Source: Hormiphora californensis
Lineage: Eukaryota > Animalia > Ctenophora
Assembly: GCA_020137815.1 (NCBI GenBank)
Contig: CM035355.1
Coordinates: 4,464,001-4,528,000, forward strand
Direction: 5' to 3'
DNA: 64,000 nucleotides
The notes under the pieces are model-generated. The model did not search any database and was not told the DNA's origin. It was given only the letters and a program-made list of their open reading frames with translations. Below, one piece after another: positions 1-12,643 of this stretch. A program made the translations under genes and the position numbers. Each line of letters begins with the position of its first letter. Position 1 is the stretch's first letter.

Positions 1-567
1 AATGTTCAGGAAGATTGGACTGGACCATATCATATTTGGGGCATGTGAAGACTGAACCAGGGCTGAAGCGGCAGTATTAAAAAGCATGATGCTTTCAAAT
101 AACGATGTGAAAAGGATAGAGGACGAAATGACTAAACTTATGTATCCGAATGAAGTTAACAAAGCCATTGAACTTTCTGGAGACCAAGTAGCATGTATAA
201 AGAAGGCATTAGAAAAAGTGTATGTCCTTACTACACTAAAAACAGGCAAACTGATTTGAATGGTATGGTATATATAATCAATATATTGATTTTTCACTCC
301 TATATAAAATAATTGGTTGATTATAACATAAATAAATCAGCTCGACCCATACAAAATGGGGGCATAAAAATATTAGGCAGCACGCCAAAGGGGCCAAAGA
401 CACGACCAGCAAAGTGAAGATACTCAACTTCCCACTAACTACACGATCAAACAATTAAAGAGCACAAAGTGGTGGTATCACTTACGCTAACGGGTATCGA
501 GATTTTGTAATGAGAAGGACGCATGTTCAAGGAAGAAAACCGAGACCAAAGGTAATTTTTCACTCAG

Positions 568-598
<31 letters not shown>

Positions 599-1589
599 AG
601 GGTTTTTAGTATACCGCTCAGTCCAGACAGGGCTGGATCATTGACATGAGTCCAACACTGCCCAGATTCAGAGCGGTACACCAAGGTTGCTAATATCCTG
701 ACTCACTTAGAACAAAATAGACACATCTACTGATTATATACTCCAAAAATTGAAAAAAGCCTAAGGAAAAACGGGACACATAAACTTCTGGAAAACAACT
801 TGTTAGCTGAAATTAAATAACAGACTATAAATCGAGATAAAGAAACAAAGCCAGTAGCCCTCATGCTACAAATAAATTGGTTGATTATAACATAAATAAA
901 TCAGCTCGACCCATATAAAATGGGGGCCTAAAAAATATGAGGCAGCACGCCAAAGAGACATTGAACTGGAGACCAAGTAGCATGTACAGCGTGTAAACGG
1001 AGTTGTAACCATAGCCAACTTGGAACAGTTCCAGGTGACAGGTACAGAGCGAGACACAGTCAGCACCGGGAAGAAAGCAAGAGGAGGAGGAAAAATCACA
1101 GAGGAACAGACAAGAAATTGTAAACTGTACGCAAATGAGTTTTAATTTAATAAATGACTTTGGGGCCAAAGACACGACGAGCTAAATGACGATACTCAAC
1201 TTCCCACTAACTGACACGATCAAACAATTAAAGAGCACGTTTACCTTGAACCTTCTTTACCTTGTTTAACCATCTGAGTTTACTCTTTGTACGGATTGGA
1301 TCGGTTCGTTTCCCGCAACGCCCCTGCAACCCTTCCCCCCACACTACACCCACCCGAAACAGTGGTAGCAGTGAAGTGTACAACCGATGCCGTCTGATAT
1401 TCAACCACCGTCGACGATACTCCGGGATACTCAACTTCCCACTAACTGACGCGATCAAACAATTAAAGAGCACAAAGTGCTGGTATCACTTACGCTAACG
1501 GGTATCGGGTATTATAATGTGATAATTTATAACTTAAATAAATAAACTAAGGGTCGAAGCAACCATTCCTCCGCCGTTATTATCTTAAG

Positions 1590-4500
1590 CAGGGTGTGAA
1601 CTGCATGTCGTGTTTGCTAGTCGCGAGCGCGCTTGCGAGACAAGCAAACACGTCAAGGTTCATTAACAAGCATGCTGCTCAGTCATTTTAGATTTAATAC
1701 ACAATGTAAGGATACCATGTAATAGGTGAGACTCTTGCCGTCACCCTCGTTCAAGTCCCGTGAAAAACGGAGCAGTACACGCAAACTGATGCCCATTTTC
1801 CTCGCGTGACCCCGATTCAGCAGTTTGAGACACCAACTCTTTAGGGGGCCATATCTCAGGAACCAGACAAGATAGGAAAAATCGCCGTCTAACGAGGCGT
1901 ACAGTTTTTAATCTAGTTTACCACTGTACCGGCCGTTTCACTCTCCGACCTAAAACAAAAATCACAACCCCACAAAACTTCAAAATAATGAAATTCGCAT
2001 CTCGCATGTCGTGTTGCATGTCGTGTTGCATGTCGTGTCATGTTATTGACGCGCTCGCGTTCAACTCTCACACAGCAGCTGCAGAACATGGCGGGAAACA
2101 TCGAGGAGTAGAGAGAGGGTCGGTGCCGAATCAAATATTTCTTGATCTTGATCTACTCCATCTCTCAGCTATCCTACCCCTCATCAACTCGATCTCTCAG
2201 CTACCCTACCCCTCATCTACTCCATCTTTCAGCTACCCTACCCCTCATCTACTCCATCTTTCAGCTACCCTACCCCTTATCTAGTCCATCTCTCAGCTAC
2301 CCTACTCCTCATCTACTCCATCTCTCAGCTTCCCTATTAGGGAAGCATAGAGATGGAAACGATTAGGGGTAGGGAATCCCTATCCATAATCGTTTCCATC
2401 TCTATGCTTCCCTAGCCCTCATCAACTCCATCTTTCAGCTACCCTACTCCTCATCTACTCCATCTCTCAGCTACCCTACCTCCCATTTACTCCATCTCTC
2501 AGCTACCCTACCTCCCATTTACTCCATCTCTCAGCTTCCCTACCTCCCATTTACTCCATCTCTCAGCTTACCTACCTCCCATTTACTCCATATCTCAGCT
2601 TCCCTACCTGCCATTTACTCCATCTTTCAGATACCCTACCTCCCATTTACTCCATCTCTCAGCTTACCTACCTCCCATTTACTCCATCTCTCAGCTTCCC
2701 TACCTCCCATTTACTCCATCTCTCAGCTTCCCTACCTCCCATTCACTCCATCTCTCAGCTACCCAACCTCCCATTCACTCCATCTATCAGCTACCCTACC
2801 TTCCATTTACTCCATCTCTCAGCTTCCCTACCTCCCATTTACTCCATCTCTCAGCTTCCCTACCTCCCATTTACTCCATCTCTCAGCTTACCTACCTCCC
2901 ATTTACTCCATATCTCAGCTTCCCTACCTGCCATTTACTCCATCTTTCAGATACCCTACCTCCCATTTACTCCATCTCTCAGCTTACCTACCTCCCATTT
3001 ACTCCATCTCTCAGCTTCCCTACCTCCCATTTACTCCATCTCTCAGCTACCCAACCTCCCATTCACTCCATCTATCAGCTACCCTACCTCCCATTTACTC
3101 CATCTCTCAGCTTCCCTACCTCCCATTTACTCCATCCCTCAGCTTCCCTACCTCCCATTTACTCCATCCCTGCCTCCCATTTACTCCATCTCTCAGCTAC
3201 CCTACCTCCTATTCACTCCATCTCTCAGCTACCCTACCACCCATTTACTCCATCTCTCAGCTTCCCTACCTCCCATTTACTCCATCTCTCAGCTTCCCTA
3301 CCTCCCATTTACTCCATCTCTCAGCTTCCCTACCTCCCATTTACTCCATCTCTCATTTATCCTAACATTCCTACCCCTGAGAGATGGAGTAAATGGAAGG
3401 TAGGGAAGCTGAGAGATGGAGTAAATGGGAGGTAGGGAAGCTGAGAGATGGGGTAAATGGGAGGTAGGAAAGCTGAGAGATGGAGTAAATGGGTGGTAGG
3501 GTAGCTGAGAGATAGAGTAAATGGGAGGTAGGGAAGCTGAGGGATGGAGTAAATGGGAGGTAGGGAAGCTGAGAGATGGAGTAAATGGGAGGTAGGTAAG
3601 CTGAGAGATGGAGTAAATGGGAGGTAGGGTAGCTGAGAGATGGAGTAAATGGGAGGTAGGGTAGCTGAGAGATGGAGTAAATGGGAGGTAGGGAAGCTGA
3701 GAGATGGAGTAAATGGGAGGTAGGGTAGCTGAGAGATGGAGTAAATGGGAGGTAGGGAAGCTGAGAGATGGAGTAAATGGAAGGTAAGGTAGCTGAGAGA
3801 TGGAGTAAATGGGAGGTAGGGAAGCTGAGAGATGGAGTAAATGGGAGGTAGGGTAGCTGAGTGATGGAGTAAATGGGAGGTAGGGAAGCTGAGAGATGGA
3901 GTAAATGGGAGGTAGGGTAGCTGAGAGATGGAGTAAATGGGAGGTAGGGAAGCTGAGAAATGGAGTAAATGGGAGGTAGGGTAGCTGAGAGATGGAGTAA
4001 ATGGGAGGTAGGGTAGCTGAGGGATGGAGTAAATGGGAGGTAGGGAAGCTGAGAGATGGAGTAAATGGAAGGTAGGTAAGCTGAGAGATGGAGTAAATGG
4101 GAGGTAGGGTATCTGAGAGATGGAGTAAATGGGAGGTAGGTAAGCTGAGATATGGAGTAAATGGGAGGTAGGTAAGCTGAGAGATGGAGTAAATGGGAGG
4201 TAGGGAAGCTGAGAGATGGAGTAAATGGGAGGTAGGGTAGCTGAGAGATGGAGTAAATGGGAGGTAGGGTAGCTGAGAGATGGAGTAGATGAGGAGTAGG
4301 GTAGCGGAGAGATGGACTAGATTAGGGGTAGGGTAGCTGAAAGATGGAGTTGATGAGGGCTAGGGAAGCATAGAGATGGAAACGATTATGGATAGGGATT
4401 CCCTACCCCTAATCGTTTCCATCTCTGAGAGATGGAGTAGATGAGGAGTAGGGTAGCTGAGAGATGGACTAGATAAGGGGTAGGGTAGCTGAAAGATGGA

Positions 4501-5163
4501 GTAGATGAGGGGTAGGGTAGCTGAAAGATGGAGTAGATGAGGGGTAGGGTAGCTGAGAGATCGAGTTGATGAGGGGTAGGATAGCTGAGAGATGGAGTAG
4601 ATCAAGATCAAGAAATATTTGATTCGGCACCGACCCTCTCTCTACTCCTCGATGTTTCCCGCCATGTTCTGCAGCTGCTGTGTGAGAGTTGAACGCGAGC
4701 GCGTCAATAACATGACACGACATGCAACACGACATGCAACACGACATGCGAGATGCGAATTTCATTATTTTGAAGTTTTGTGGGGTTGCGATTTTTGTTT
4801 TAGGTCGGAGAGTGAAACGGCCGGTACAGTGGTAAACTAGATTAAAAACTGTACGCCTCGTTAGACGGCGATTTTTCCTATCTTGTCTGGTTCCTGAGAT
4901 ATGGCCCCCTAAAGAGTTGGTGTCTCAAACTGCTGAATCGGGGTCACGCGAGGAAAATGGGCATCAGTTTGCGTGTACTGCTCCGTTTTTCACGGGACTT
5001 GAACGAGGGTGACGGCAAGAGTCTCACCTATTACATGGTATCCTTACATTGTGTATTAAATCTAAAATGACTGAGCAGCATGCTTGTTAATGAACCTTGA
5101 CGTGTTTGCTTGTCTCGCAAGCGCGCTCGCGACTAGCAAACACGACATGCAGTTCACACCCTG
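1590..5163. mobile_element. 3.6-kb non-autonomous foldback DNA transposon (almost fully palindromic, minisatellite-filled arms)
   Basis: CAGGGTGTGAACTGC at 1590 is the reverse complement of GCAGTTCACACCCTG ending at 5163. About 550 bp of near-identical unique inverted arms are followed by inverted minisatellite arrays meeting at ~3355-3378. A 5-bp direct repeat TTAAG flanks it (1585-1589, 5164-5168). Confidence 0.9.
2150..4602. repeat. 32-bp minisatellite (CTCCATCTCTCAGCTWCCCTACCTCCCATTTA)n, inverting at ~3365
   Basis: 32-nt period visible directly (CATCTCTCAG at 2461 and 2493); reverse-complement units from ~3378 onward. Confidence 0.95.
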
Positions 5164-5536
5164 TTAAGGATGAGAAAAGGAACTGTTTGCCTACTGTGTG
5201 CCCTGAACAGCATGTAACAAAGTATATTGATGTTAGCGCGGGGAGGACTAAAAAAAGAAAAAAAAAAGCATATTGTTCAATCAGTAAACATTATCATTTT
5301 AAAAAGGTTCATGTTGATCGAGAAGAACTTCCGAAACCCTATAAATATATATATATATATATAAAATATACTTTAGTAACGTATCTATAATAGAATTGTA
5401 TGCCATGGGAACCCCCTCTCTCCTAGTTAGAAAATCAGTACCCACGCAGGTACTTCGGGGGAGAAGGGAGGGGATAGAAACTACCAGCTTTGTGTAGATC
5501 TGTGGTATCATGACACAGTATGTATATATTACATAC

Positions 5537-8444
5537 CTGAGTGGCACTGTAAGCATCGTTTAGAAGACCCTGTATGGACGCCTGCAGTTTGAGGTAGCTG
5601 CTGGATTTTGTAGCACCTAGGAGATCCGTTACACGGTCACACGGAACAACACCCGCTATATCCAGGATATCCTGAAAAGGGGGGAGGACGTTTATTCGTC
5701 ATATAGAATGGTGTTTTTAGGAGCTGGGGAGGTTGATTGGTCGTATAAAGTGTTGTTTGTGGGGGGGGGGGATCTGATGTTGTTTGGCACAAGGGAAGTA
5801 ACATTAAACTGGGACATTAGAATGAGTCATGAACCAAATCTTCCTCCACCCCTTACTCAACAAGTGTTACCTGGGGTCAGGAACCGACCGAATTAGGAAA
5901 TACTGGTCCCTGATTGGCTGATAACCAGTCACGTGACCTAAATAACGAGTTCTGATTGGTTGTTTACTTGTGTCGGTCGGTTCTTACCTGGGGTTTAATG
6001 GAAGAGTCGGCTCTAAGTCGGGCACAACTCTGAAGATAGGTGATGGCTTTCCGCAGATCCCCACCACTCACTTGTCGTACCGTGTCTAACACCTAGCCGT
6101 GATATATATTATCTCATAATATAGGGCCAAGAAAGAGCTACAATATCATCTCATAATATGGACAAAGAGATGGAATATGAGAGTAGCATCATAGCGCTGG
6201 CAAGCGCCCGGGGCCCAATCCTCCCTCCCCCAACCATCCTTCCCTTAAAAATGTCCATTTTCCAAGCATTCTTGCTTCCATTGAATGGAAAATCGAAATT
6301 GCGAAAAAAAAAATTTTTGAATTTTTTGAAAATTTTTGTAAATTTTGACAGCGCTACTATACTTATTGTCTGAAATCGGCGATTTCAACTTAGTTTTAGA
6401 CAACCTTCTCGTTGTCCTACGAACATGCCGCTTGGTAGTTCGTGTTGCCTTGACACCTAGAGCACACGTTTAAAATTTCATGCAAATCGGAGTTACGGTT
6501 TTTGCGCTACAGATGGTCGTATTTTAGACAAAATGTCCGTTTTTAGCGTGACGAACCACCGTAAAGTAACGACTTTTTTGCGTACACGATGGAGGCCACA
6601 GTTTTAAAGCTATCACCATGAAACTTTGGGAGTCGGTAGGTCTAGTGGTGTACCTTGTATTAAAGCTTGGACAGAGAAAACGGACAGTCATAACAAAAGT
6701 TATGACTGTCTTAAGTTTTCTTTGGCGTCTAAGACAGCCTTCCCGTCGTTCTACGAATACACCGCTTGGTACGTAATGTTGCCTTGACATCTTGAACACC
6801 CGATCAAAATTTCAAGCAAATCCGAGTTACGGTTCTTCATTTACGGGCATCTGACTGTATTAAGATTTAAGACGATTTTCAAAAAAACCCAGAAAAGAGC
6901 AAATTAAACTATAAATCATGATTTTATCATATATATTTTGCCAACGTAGGTCAACTGCTGTATTTTCAGGTATAATTGGTAGTCATATCTAGATTTATGA
7001 CTGTCTTAAATTTAAGACGATTTGAAAAACACCTAGAAAGAAGCGATTCAGAGTCTAAATTAACATTGGATCAGATTTATGTTATAAAATTAGGTTTACT
7101 GCCGCATTTTCAAATATAATTGGTAGTCATATCTAGAGTTATGACTGTCTTAAATATAAGACGATTTTAAAAACCATTGAGAAAAGAGCGAATTAGTGCG
7201 TAGAACCTGATTGTATCAGATATATCTGATTATCAATGCTTATCCGTGATCATTATCCGTGAATAATAATCAAAATCATAGAATAATCGCGGAGAACCAA
7301 TCGCGGATATAATCAATCGCTGATAACTAATAGAAATTGTAATCGTGCATAACTAATCACGATAACTTATCGTAAATAAGTAATGTAGTAAGTAGTAACC
7401 ATTTGCGGGTAGCTATTAGCTAATCGCAGATAGCTAAGATCGCGATAACTGATTGCGATATCTTATAATTACGGATTCGTGATCAGTTATCTGCGATTGC
7501 AGTTGTCTACGATTACTATCATATTAGTGATTCGCAATTGATGTCCGATATTGGATATCTAATCTATATCTGCGATTGTAATTAGGCTACTTACAATTGT
7601 AAAAGTCCGTGAATCCCCAATCCGCGTTTATTAAGAATTACAAAATGCATGTCATAGTATTAGTATAACAAAATGCCTGATACTAGATCCAAAAACCAAA
7701 CAAGTTTGGTGGATAGCCGGGGCCGCAGAATAGAAATTAAAAAACGTGCGAAAGTTTTGATACATGAACTTTCGGGGCCTGGGGTGCTGTTAAATTCGCG
7801 TTTCCATGATAGTCAGCCGTTCTTTCAAAACACACTATTATTCTGTAAAACAGACTCTGAAACGACCCACTGTGTGCAGTATATTATACGTGATATGTGT
7901 GGAGCTGTATGTATGATAATGTGGAATCAAAAATAATGATAACTTGCAATCATTGCGATAGTTTTCCTGGCGTATAGTTTGAAAATGTTGCTGGTTATAA
8001 TCATGGAAACGCGAATTTAACAGCACCCCAGGCCCCGAAAGTTCATGTATCAAAACTTTCGCACGTTTTTTAATTTCTATTCTGCGGCCCCGGCTATCCA
8101 CCAAACTTGTTTGGTTTTTGGATCTAGTTGCATATATTAATTGTTAAAGTGATCTGTAAAATGTTCAAAGGAGGCCTTTGGACATTAATTAATGGATGGC
8201 AAATGGTTATTATTAGAATCTCCAGATGAAGGAGGCCTTTGAACTGTTTATGGATCACCTTTACTATCGTGACTACACAAATCTATTTAATATTGTTGTA
8301 GTGGGGGGGGGGGGGGTAAATACCTCATCATCACACTGTATTCCTTCCTGTGTACAAATGAACCTGAGACGTTCATCCAAGACTATAGTATCCAGGGGCT
8401 TGAACCGGAACTTGGCACAACGAGACGTTATGGGGGCAATTATC

Positions 8445-8481
<37 letters not shown>

Positions 8482-8488
8482 TGGGTGA

Positions 8489-8577
<89 letters not shown>

Positions 8578-11500
8578 GATGCATCATGTTTGACAATATA
8601 ATGACGTACAATACGAAGAAATATTGCAATATTTCTTCGTATTGTGGCCTGGAGGGATGGTTGAATAAATCATAGTATTTTAAAGAGCGTGTCCCAGCTC
8701 TAGTATATTATGTAGGTTGCAATGTACATTGTGTTCTTCCTATAGACAATTGTTTAGTAAATTGTTCTACATTTTAATTGTTTACAGCCTGTAAATTGTA
8801 TTTAATTGTTTACAGCCTGTAAATTGTATTTAATTGTTTACAGCCTGTAAATTGTATTTAATTGTTTACAGCCTGTAAATTGTTCTACATTTTAATGCAT
8901 TGTCTATACCAGCGAGCAGAATGGAGACAATAGATCATGGTCGTATGTACACATGTGTGCACACCCCTCTGTGTGTGTATGTATTACATTGATTGTTGCA
9001 CTACCCTCTCTCATTGATTATGTCTCCCGGTGTTCTTGTCTCGCTCGAGACCCTCTCTCACCGCCCCCTTGTTGTGCCTCCCACTTCCAATCCACAGCTG
9101 CTTCATGGTTCAGCGTGACCAGATCACCGCCCCCTTGCAAAAAAAGAACATACACAGTCGGACCCCGATATAATACACCAGGGGCAAGACCGTTTCCCTA
9201 GCTGAGTGTCCCGGTAAATCGGGATCCGATATCTGTACTATGTTCTCTCCACCCGGCATCCATTATGTTGTTGTGTTCTTTACTAAATAGAGCCCATTCT
9301 AACCTTGTTCTAACCCTCCTTTACATTTGTAAATGATCTCGTGAAAATGGGGTCGAGCTAGCCCATTCTAACCCCCTAACCTTCCATATTCTAGACACAG
9401 TTGAAAGTAGCCTCTTGAATAAAACAACTTTGATCAACACCCGATCTACATTATCCACAATGCTCCACAACTGCGGTACTTTTGAAGCAATGATATGTAC
9501 AGAGTCTACCGGTATCCTACCTACTATAAAAATGAAGGCAGCAAGATGGCGGACTGTTCTTCATCTGAGTTACAGATTTCTATTATTTATGGGTGCCGTC
9601 CTAGTGTTAACCTCAGGTTATGGGGTCTTGTTTTGGACTTTGGTTTGACCTAATCAATGATGGTTTGAAGGGGCTGACGGACGGCCTGATCAATATTGAC
9701 AGTTCTTCCTTTACATTTATCAAGAAAAGAGAGGGGGTCGAACAAGGCAAGGCAGTTTGACATGTTGGATGATTTCAGCAGGGGGGGACCATGGACACTG
9801 TAGCTACGTGTTCAAGGCTCCGGGGAGCTTGCCAGCGCTGTGATTACCTGCTGACATAGTTGCAAATCAGACAGAATCGAGTTGTCTTGGTAAATCGTTC
9901 CATGGTACGACGTAGAGCACTTTGTGCAGCATCCGTCATTGAGTCCGCCTCATCCAGGACAACCAACTGAGAAGGGGGGCATTGTGAGAGGGGGGGGGCA
10001 TTGTGAGAGGTGTCAGCTGCTGTCCAACTGAGGACAAGGGAGAGGAATGAGAATTGGTATTGTGGAGGGATTGTGAGATCTGTCAGCCAGTGAGAAGAAG
10101 GGATGGGGAACTATAACTAGCTTTAGAGGAGTTGGGGCCGAGACTGCTGGAGGTGATGAAGTCAGATTATGTGTCACCCCCCCTCCCACCCTGCCCAGAG
10201 TCAAGTTTCACCCCTGTACCTTGATTGCGGGTATCTTGACGCCGTTCACAGTTTTAGCGTTCACTGCAATTTGAGCAAATGTCTTGATCTTCACTCGTAC
10301 CACCTGGACAAAACGGGGGTTCAATTATTTTGTACCGTGAAACTCTGGTGTGTGCTATGAAGACTTTGGTCTTTGGTTTGAATTTATATTCCATGTTATA
10401 TTATGTGTGAATTGTTTTAGGGTCAGCACACACCAAAGTTAAAATTAAAATTAAAATTTGACGTTTTTGGTCGTAACTCTGCCAATTCTTGATAAAATTG
10501 CTTCATTTAGGGCTTGTTGGAAAGAGGGCATCGAGCCCGATCTAAACAGCCCAAGAAACTCGAAATCCGCACAAATTGCGCGGCGTTACAGTGCAAAATG
10601 TGTGCGTTAAAATTTTAGAGATTTTAACGCACACATTATGCGCCTTATCGCCACGCACTTTGCACCGATTTTCAGTTTCTCGAGCTCTACAGAACAAGCT
10701 CGATGCCCTCTTTCCAACAAGCCCTAAATGAAGCAATTTTGTCAAGAAATGACAGAGTTATGACCAAAAACGTCAAATTTTAATTTTAATTTTAACTTTG
10801 GTGTGTGCTGACCCTAACTCAGGAATCATCAGAAGAATTTGAAAATGAGCTTTTTGATAATATGAGTTTTAACGCTTGAAAGCAGTTACCATAATAACAT
10901 GTCGTAATTTTATTTGATCTTTGTGTGTGGCTTGAAATGACAAAATGACAACTAATCATCCCGTGACATGTTTCCTTTCATTACTCATGAATCTAAAATG
11001 ATAAAATGACAACTAATTATCCCGTGACATGTTTCCCTTCAAAATTATATCAGTTGTCACATCAGTTGCCCCCCCCCCCATTGTGTAACACGTCATTTCG
11101 ATAGTGAATTGTATGGTGCAATATCAATACTAAAGGGAGGGTTAGAATGTATAACTAATCAATACCTGGATTCCCCTTTCATCGGAAGCATTCAACTCCA
11201 AAACTCGGCTGGAGTACTCTCCGCCAAACATCTGGCGTGCCAGGGCAAGGATTGTGGAGGTTTTACCGGTACCGGGCGGGCCGTAGAACAAGAAATTAGG
11301 GATATCACCACCGTCCAGGCATCTCTTTAGCACCGAAACCACCTGGAAATAGATTATAGTGGAATCAAGAGGGAAGGGATTAGATTTAAGAGTTGCAAAA
11401 CCTAAAATACCGGATAGTATGAAACTCTCAATGCCCGACCTCATCCCACCATATTCTTCTTAGTACCAGACATCAACCAACCTCAACACAAATCATGCCA

Positions 11501-11879
11501 CCTCATCCCACCCCATACCACCCCATACCACATCATGCCACCTCATCTCACCTCATCCCTCACCCCATATCACCTCATTCTACCTCGACCCACCCCATAT
11601 CACCTCATTCTACCTCACCCCACCTCATTCTACCTCACCCCACCCCATACCACCTCATAAGTTACCTCATTCTACCTCGTCCCACCTCATGCCACCTCAT
11701 GCCACCTCATCCCTTACCTCATCCTGATGACTGACATCATTAACAGTTCTGGGTCGGTACTTCTCCACCCAGGGCACATTCTTGGGGGCAGTCTCTCCTG
11801 TAGTAGTGGTGGTAGTACTAGCTGCCGGGGTCTGCTGCTTGGGTCTGGCACCACTTCCCCCTTTTATAAAGGCGTGCAT
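5537..11879 (-). CDS. RFC4: Replication factor C subunit 4 (spliced; final exon(s) not found in window)
   Basis: Phase-compatible GT-AG exons 11718-11879, 11166-11342, 10220-10303, 9848-9966, 8324-8444, 5988-6092 and 5537-5671. They encode [41 protein letters not shown] and GDLRKAIT, the RFC small-subunit boxes. Confidence 0.9.
5878..5986. mobile_element. 109-bp hAT-type MITE, copy 1
   Basis: TIR CAGGAACCGACCGA / TCGGTCGGTTCTTA; 8-bp TSD CCTGGGGT (5870-5877, 5987-5994); same family at 26373 and 39198. Confidence 0.9.
6188..8128 (-). mobile_element. Hairpin-terminated non-autonomous element with terminal 129-bp inverted repeat (Helitron/Helentron-like)
   Basis: Hairpin GCGCT-GGCA-AGCGC at 6194-6207; AT-rich internal degenerate repeats; inverted arms 7682-7810 and 8000-8128. 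Same architecture at 41432-42527 and 47956-49696. The inverted repeat is certain; the boundaries and class are inferred. Confidence 0.55.
8446..8575. repeat. (GA)n microsatellite; similar tracts at ~19790-20020, 33860-34170, 36995-37160, 40240-40320, 51645-51727, 52845-52943, 55165-55525, 56100-56235 and 62730-62885
   Basis: Direct inspection. Several tracts serve as intronic polypyrimidine tracts of minus-strand genes. Confidence 0.95.
10420..10814. mobile_element. 395-bp palindromic MITE in an RFC4 intron, TA-flanked (Tc1/mariner-like)
   Basis: TA|GGGTCAGCACACACC ... GGTGTGTGCTGACCC|TA, with inverted arms of at least ~118 bp. Confidence 0.8.
11440..11717. repeat. Degenerate intronic repeat of CACCTCAT / CACCCCAT units seeded at the RFC4 exon-1 donor
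   Basis: On the minus strand ATGAG|GT is reiterated after the true GATGAG|GTAAGG donor. Confidence 0.7.
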
Positions 11880-12643
11880 TCTACATACAGTGATTAGGAT
11901 GATAATTAGGCAATCAATTAGGATGGTATTGAGATAGGTGAAGGGGATTACGGGGGGGGGGGGGGATTGCCATACTTGGTAGGTAGGTGGAGAGAATAAA
12001 AAAGAAAGGTATTTTAAAACGAAGATTCAATTAAAATAAAGGTCTCACGCCACACACAAACAGCACAAAACGGTGCAAACACAAAATATATAACAATTTA
12101 CTGTCTCTTTAGTCGTCCTTTTCACTACTACTGAAAAAGGAAATGTTATGATCGCCGAGTCGCCTGAAGAAACCACCCTGCCCTATTGATAGAAAAACAC
12201 ATTCCCAACCACGTAATATTTAGTCGGTTGAAATACCGTCAATTTCCTATGTAGGGGTCACGGTAAATCGGGATCCGGTATAATATCGTGGTCTGACTAA
12301 CCGTTTTGTCACGAGTAGCCGAGTATAGTTCGGGCAGTTCCTCATCCCATCGACTGCCAATGTGAAATCCAATTTGCTGACGTTTCACAGCGTTATCTCT
12401 CTCCACTAGATCAGCCCAACGAACCTAAATCAAGGGGATTGTTATCATGGTTGCCATGGTTATCATGGTTATTATTTGGAAAGAGATTTATCTTTCAAAG
12501 TTTTGGTAGTTGAGATCCTGTAAAGTGCTCGATCCGACCTCCGGGGTTGAGAGCCAAAGAGAGATATCTCAATACATCTCAATTACATAACAAATGATCA
12601 CGGTACAACTAGACCCCGATTACAACTCACATGTTTTTTGCCA

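Noticed and set aside
1245-1325. Exon-like segment as the missing RFC4 C-terminal exon
   Set aside because: Its translation (GRCGKRTDPIRTKSK..) does not resemble the RFC4 C-terminus.
2150-4602. Regular 32-bp repeats as a CRISPR array
   Set aside because: Units are contiguous with no unique spacers, there are no cas genes, and the context is eukaryotic.
1913-4840. Duplicated ORFs 1988-2284/4469-4765 and 1913-2134/4619-4840 as genes
   Set aside because: By-products of the palindromic transposon arms and minisatellite; no recognisable domains.
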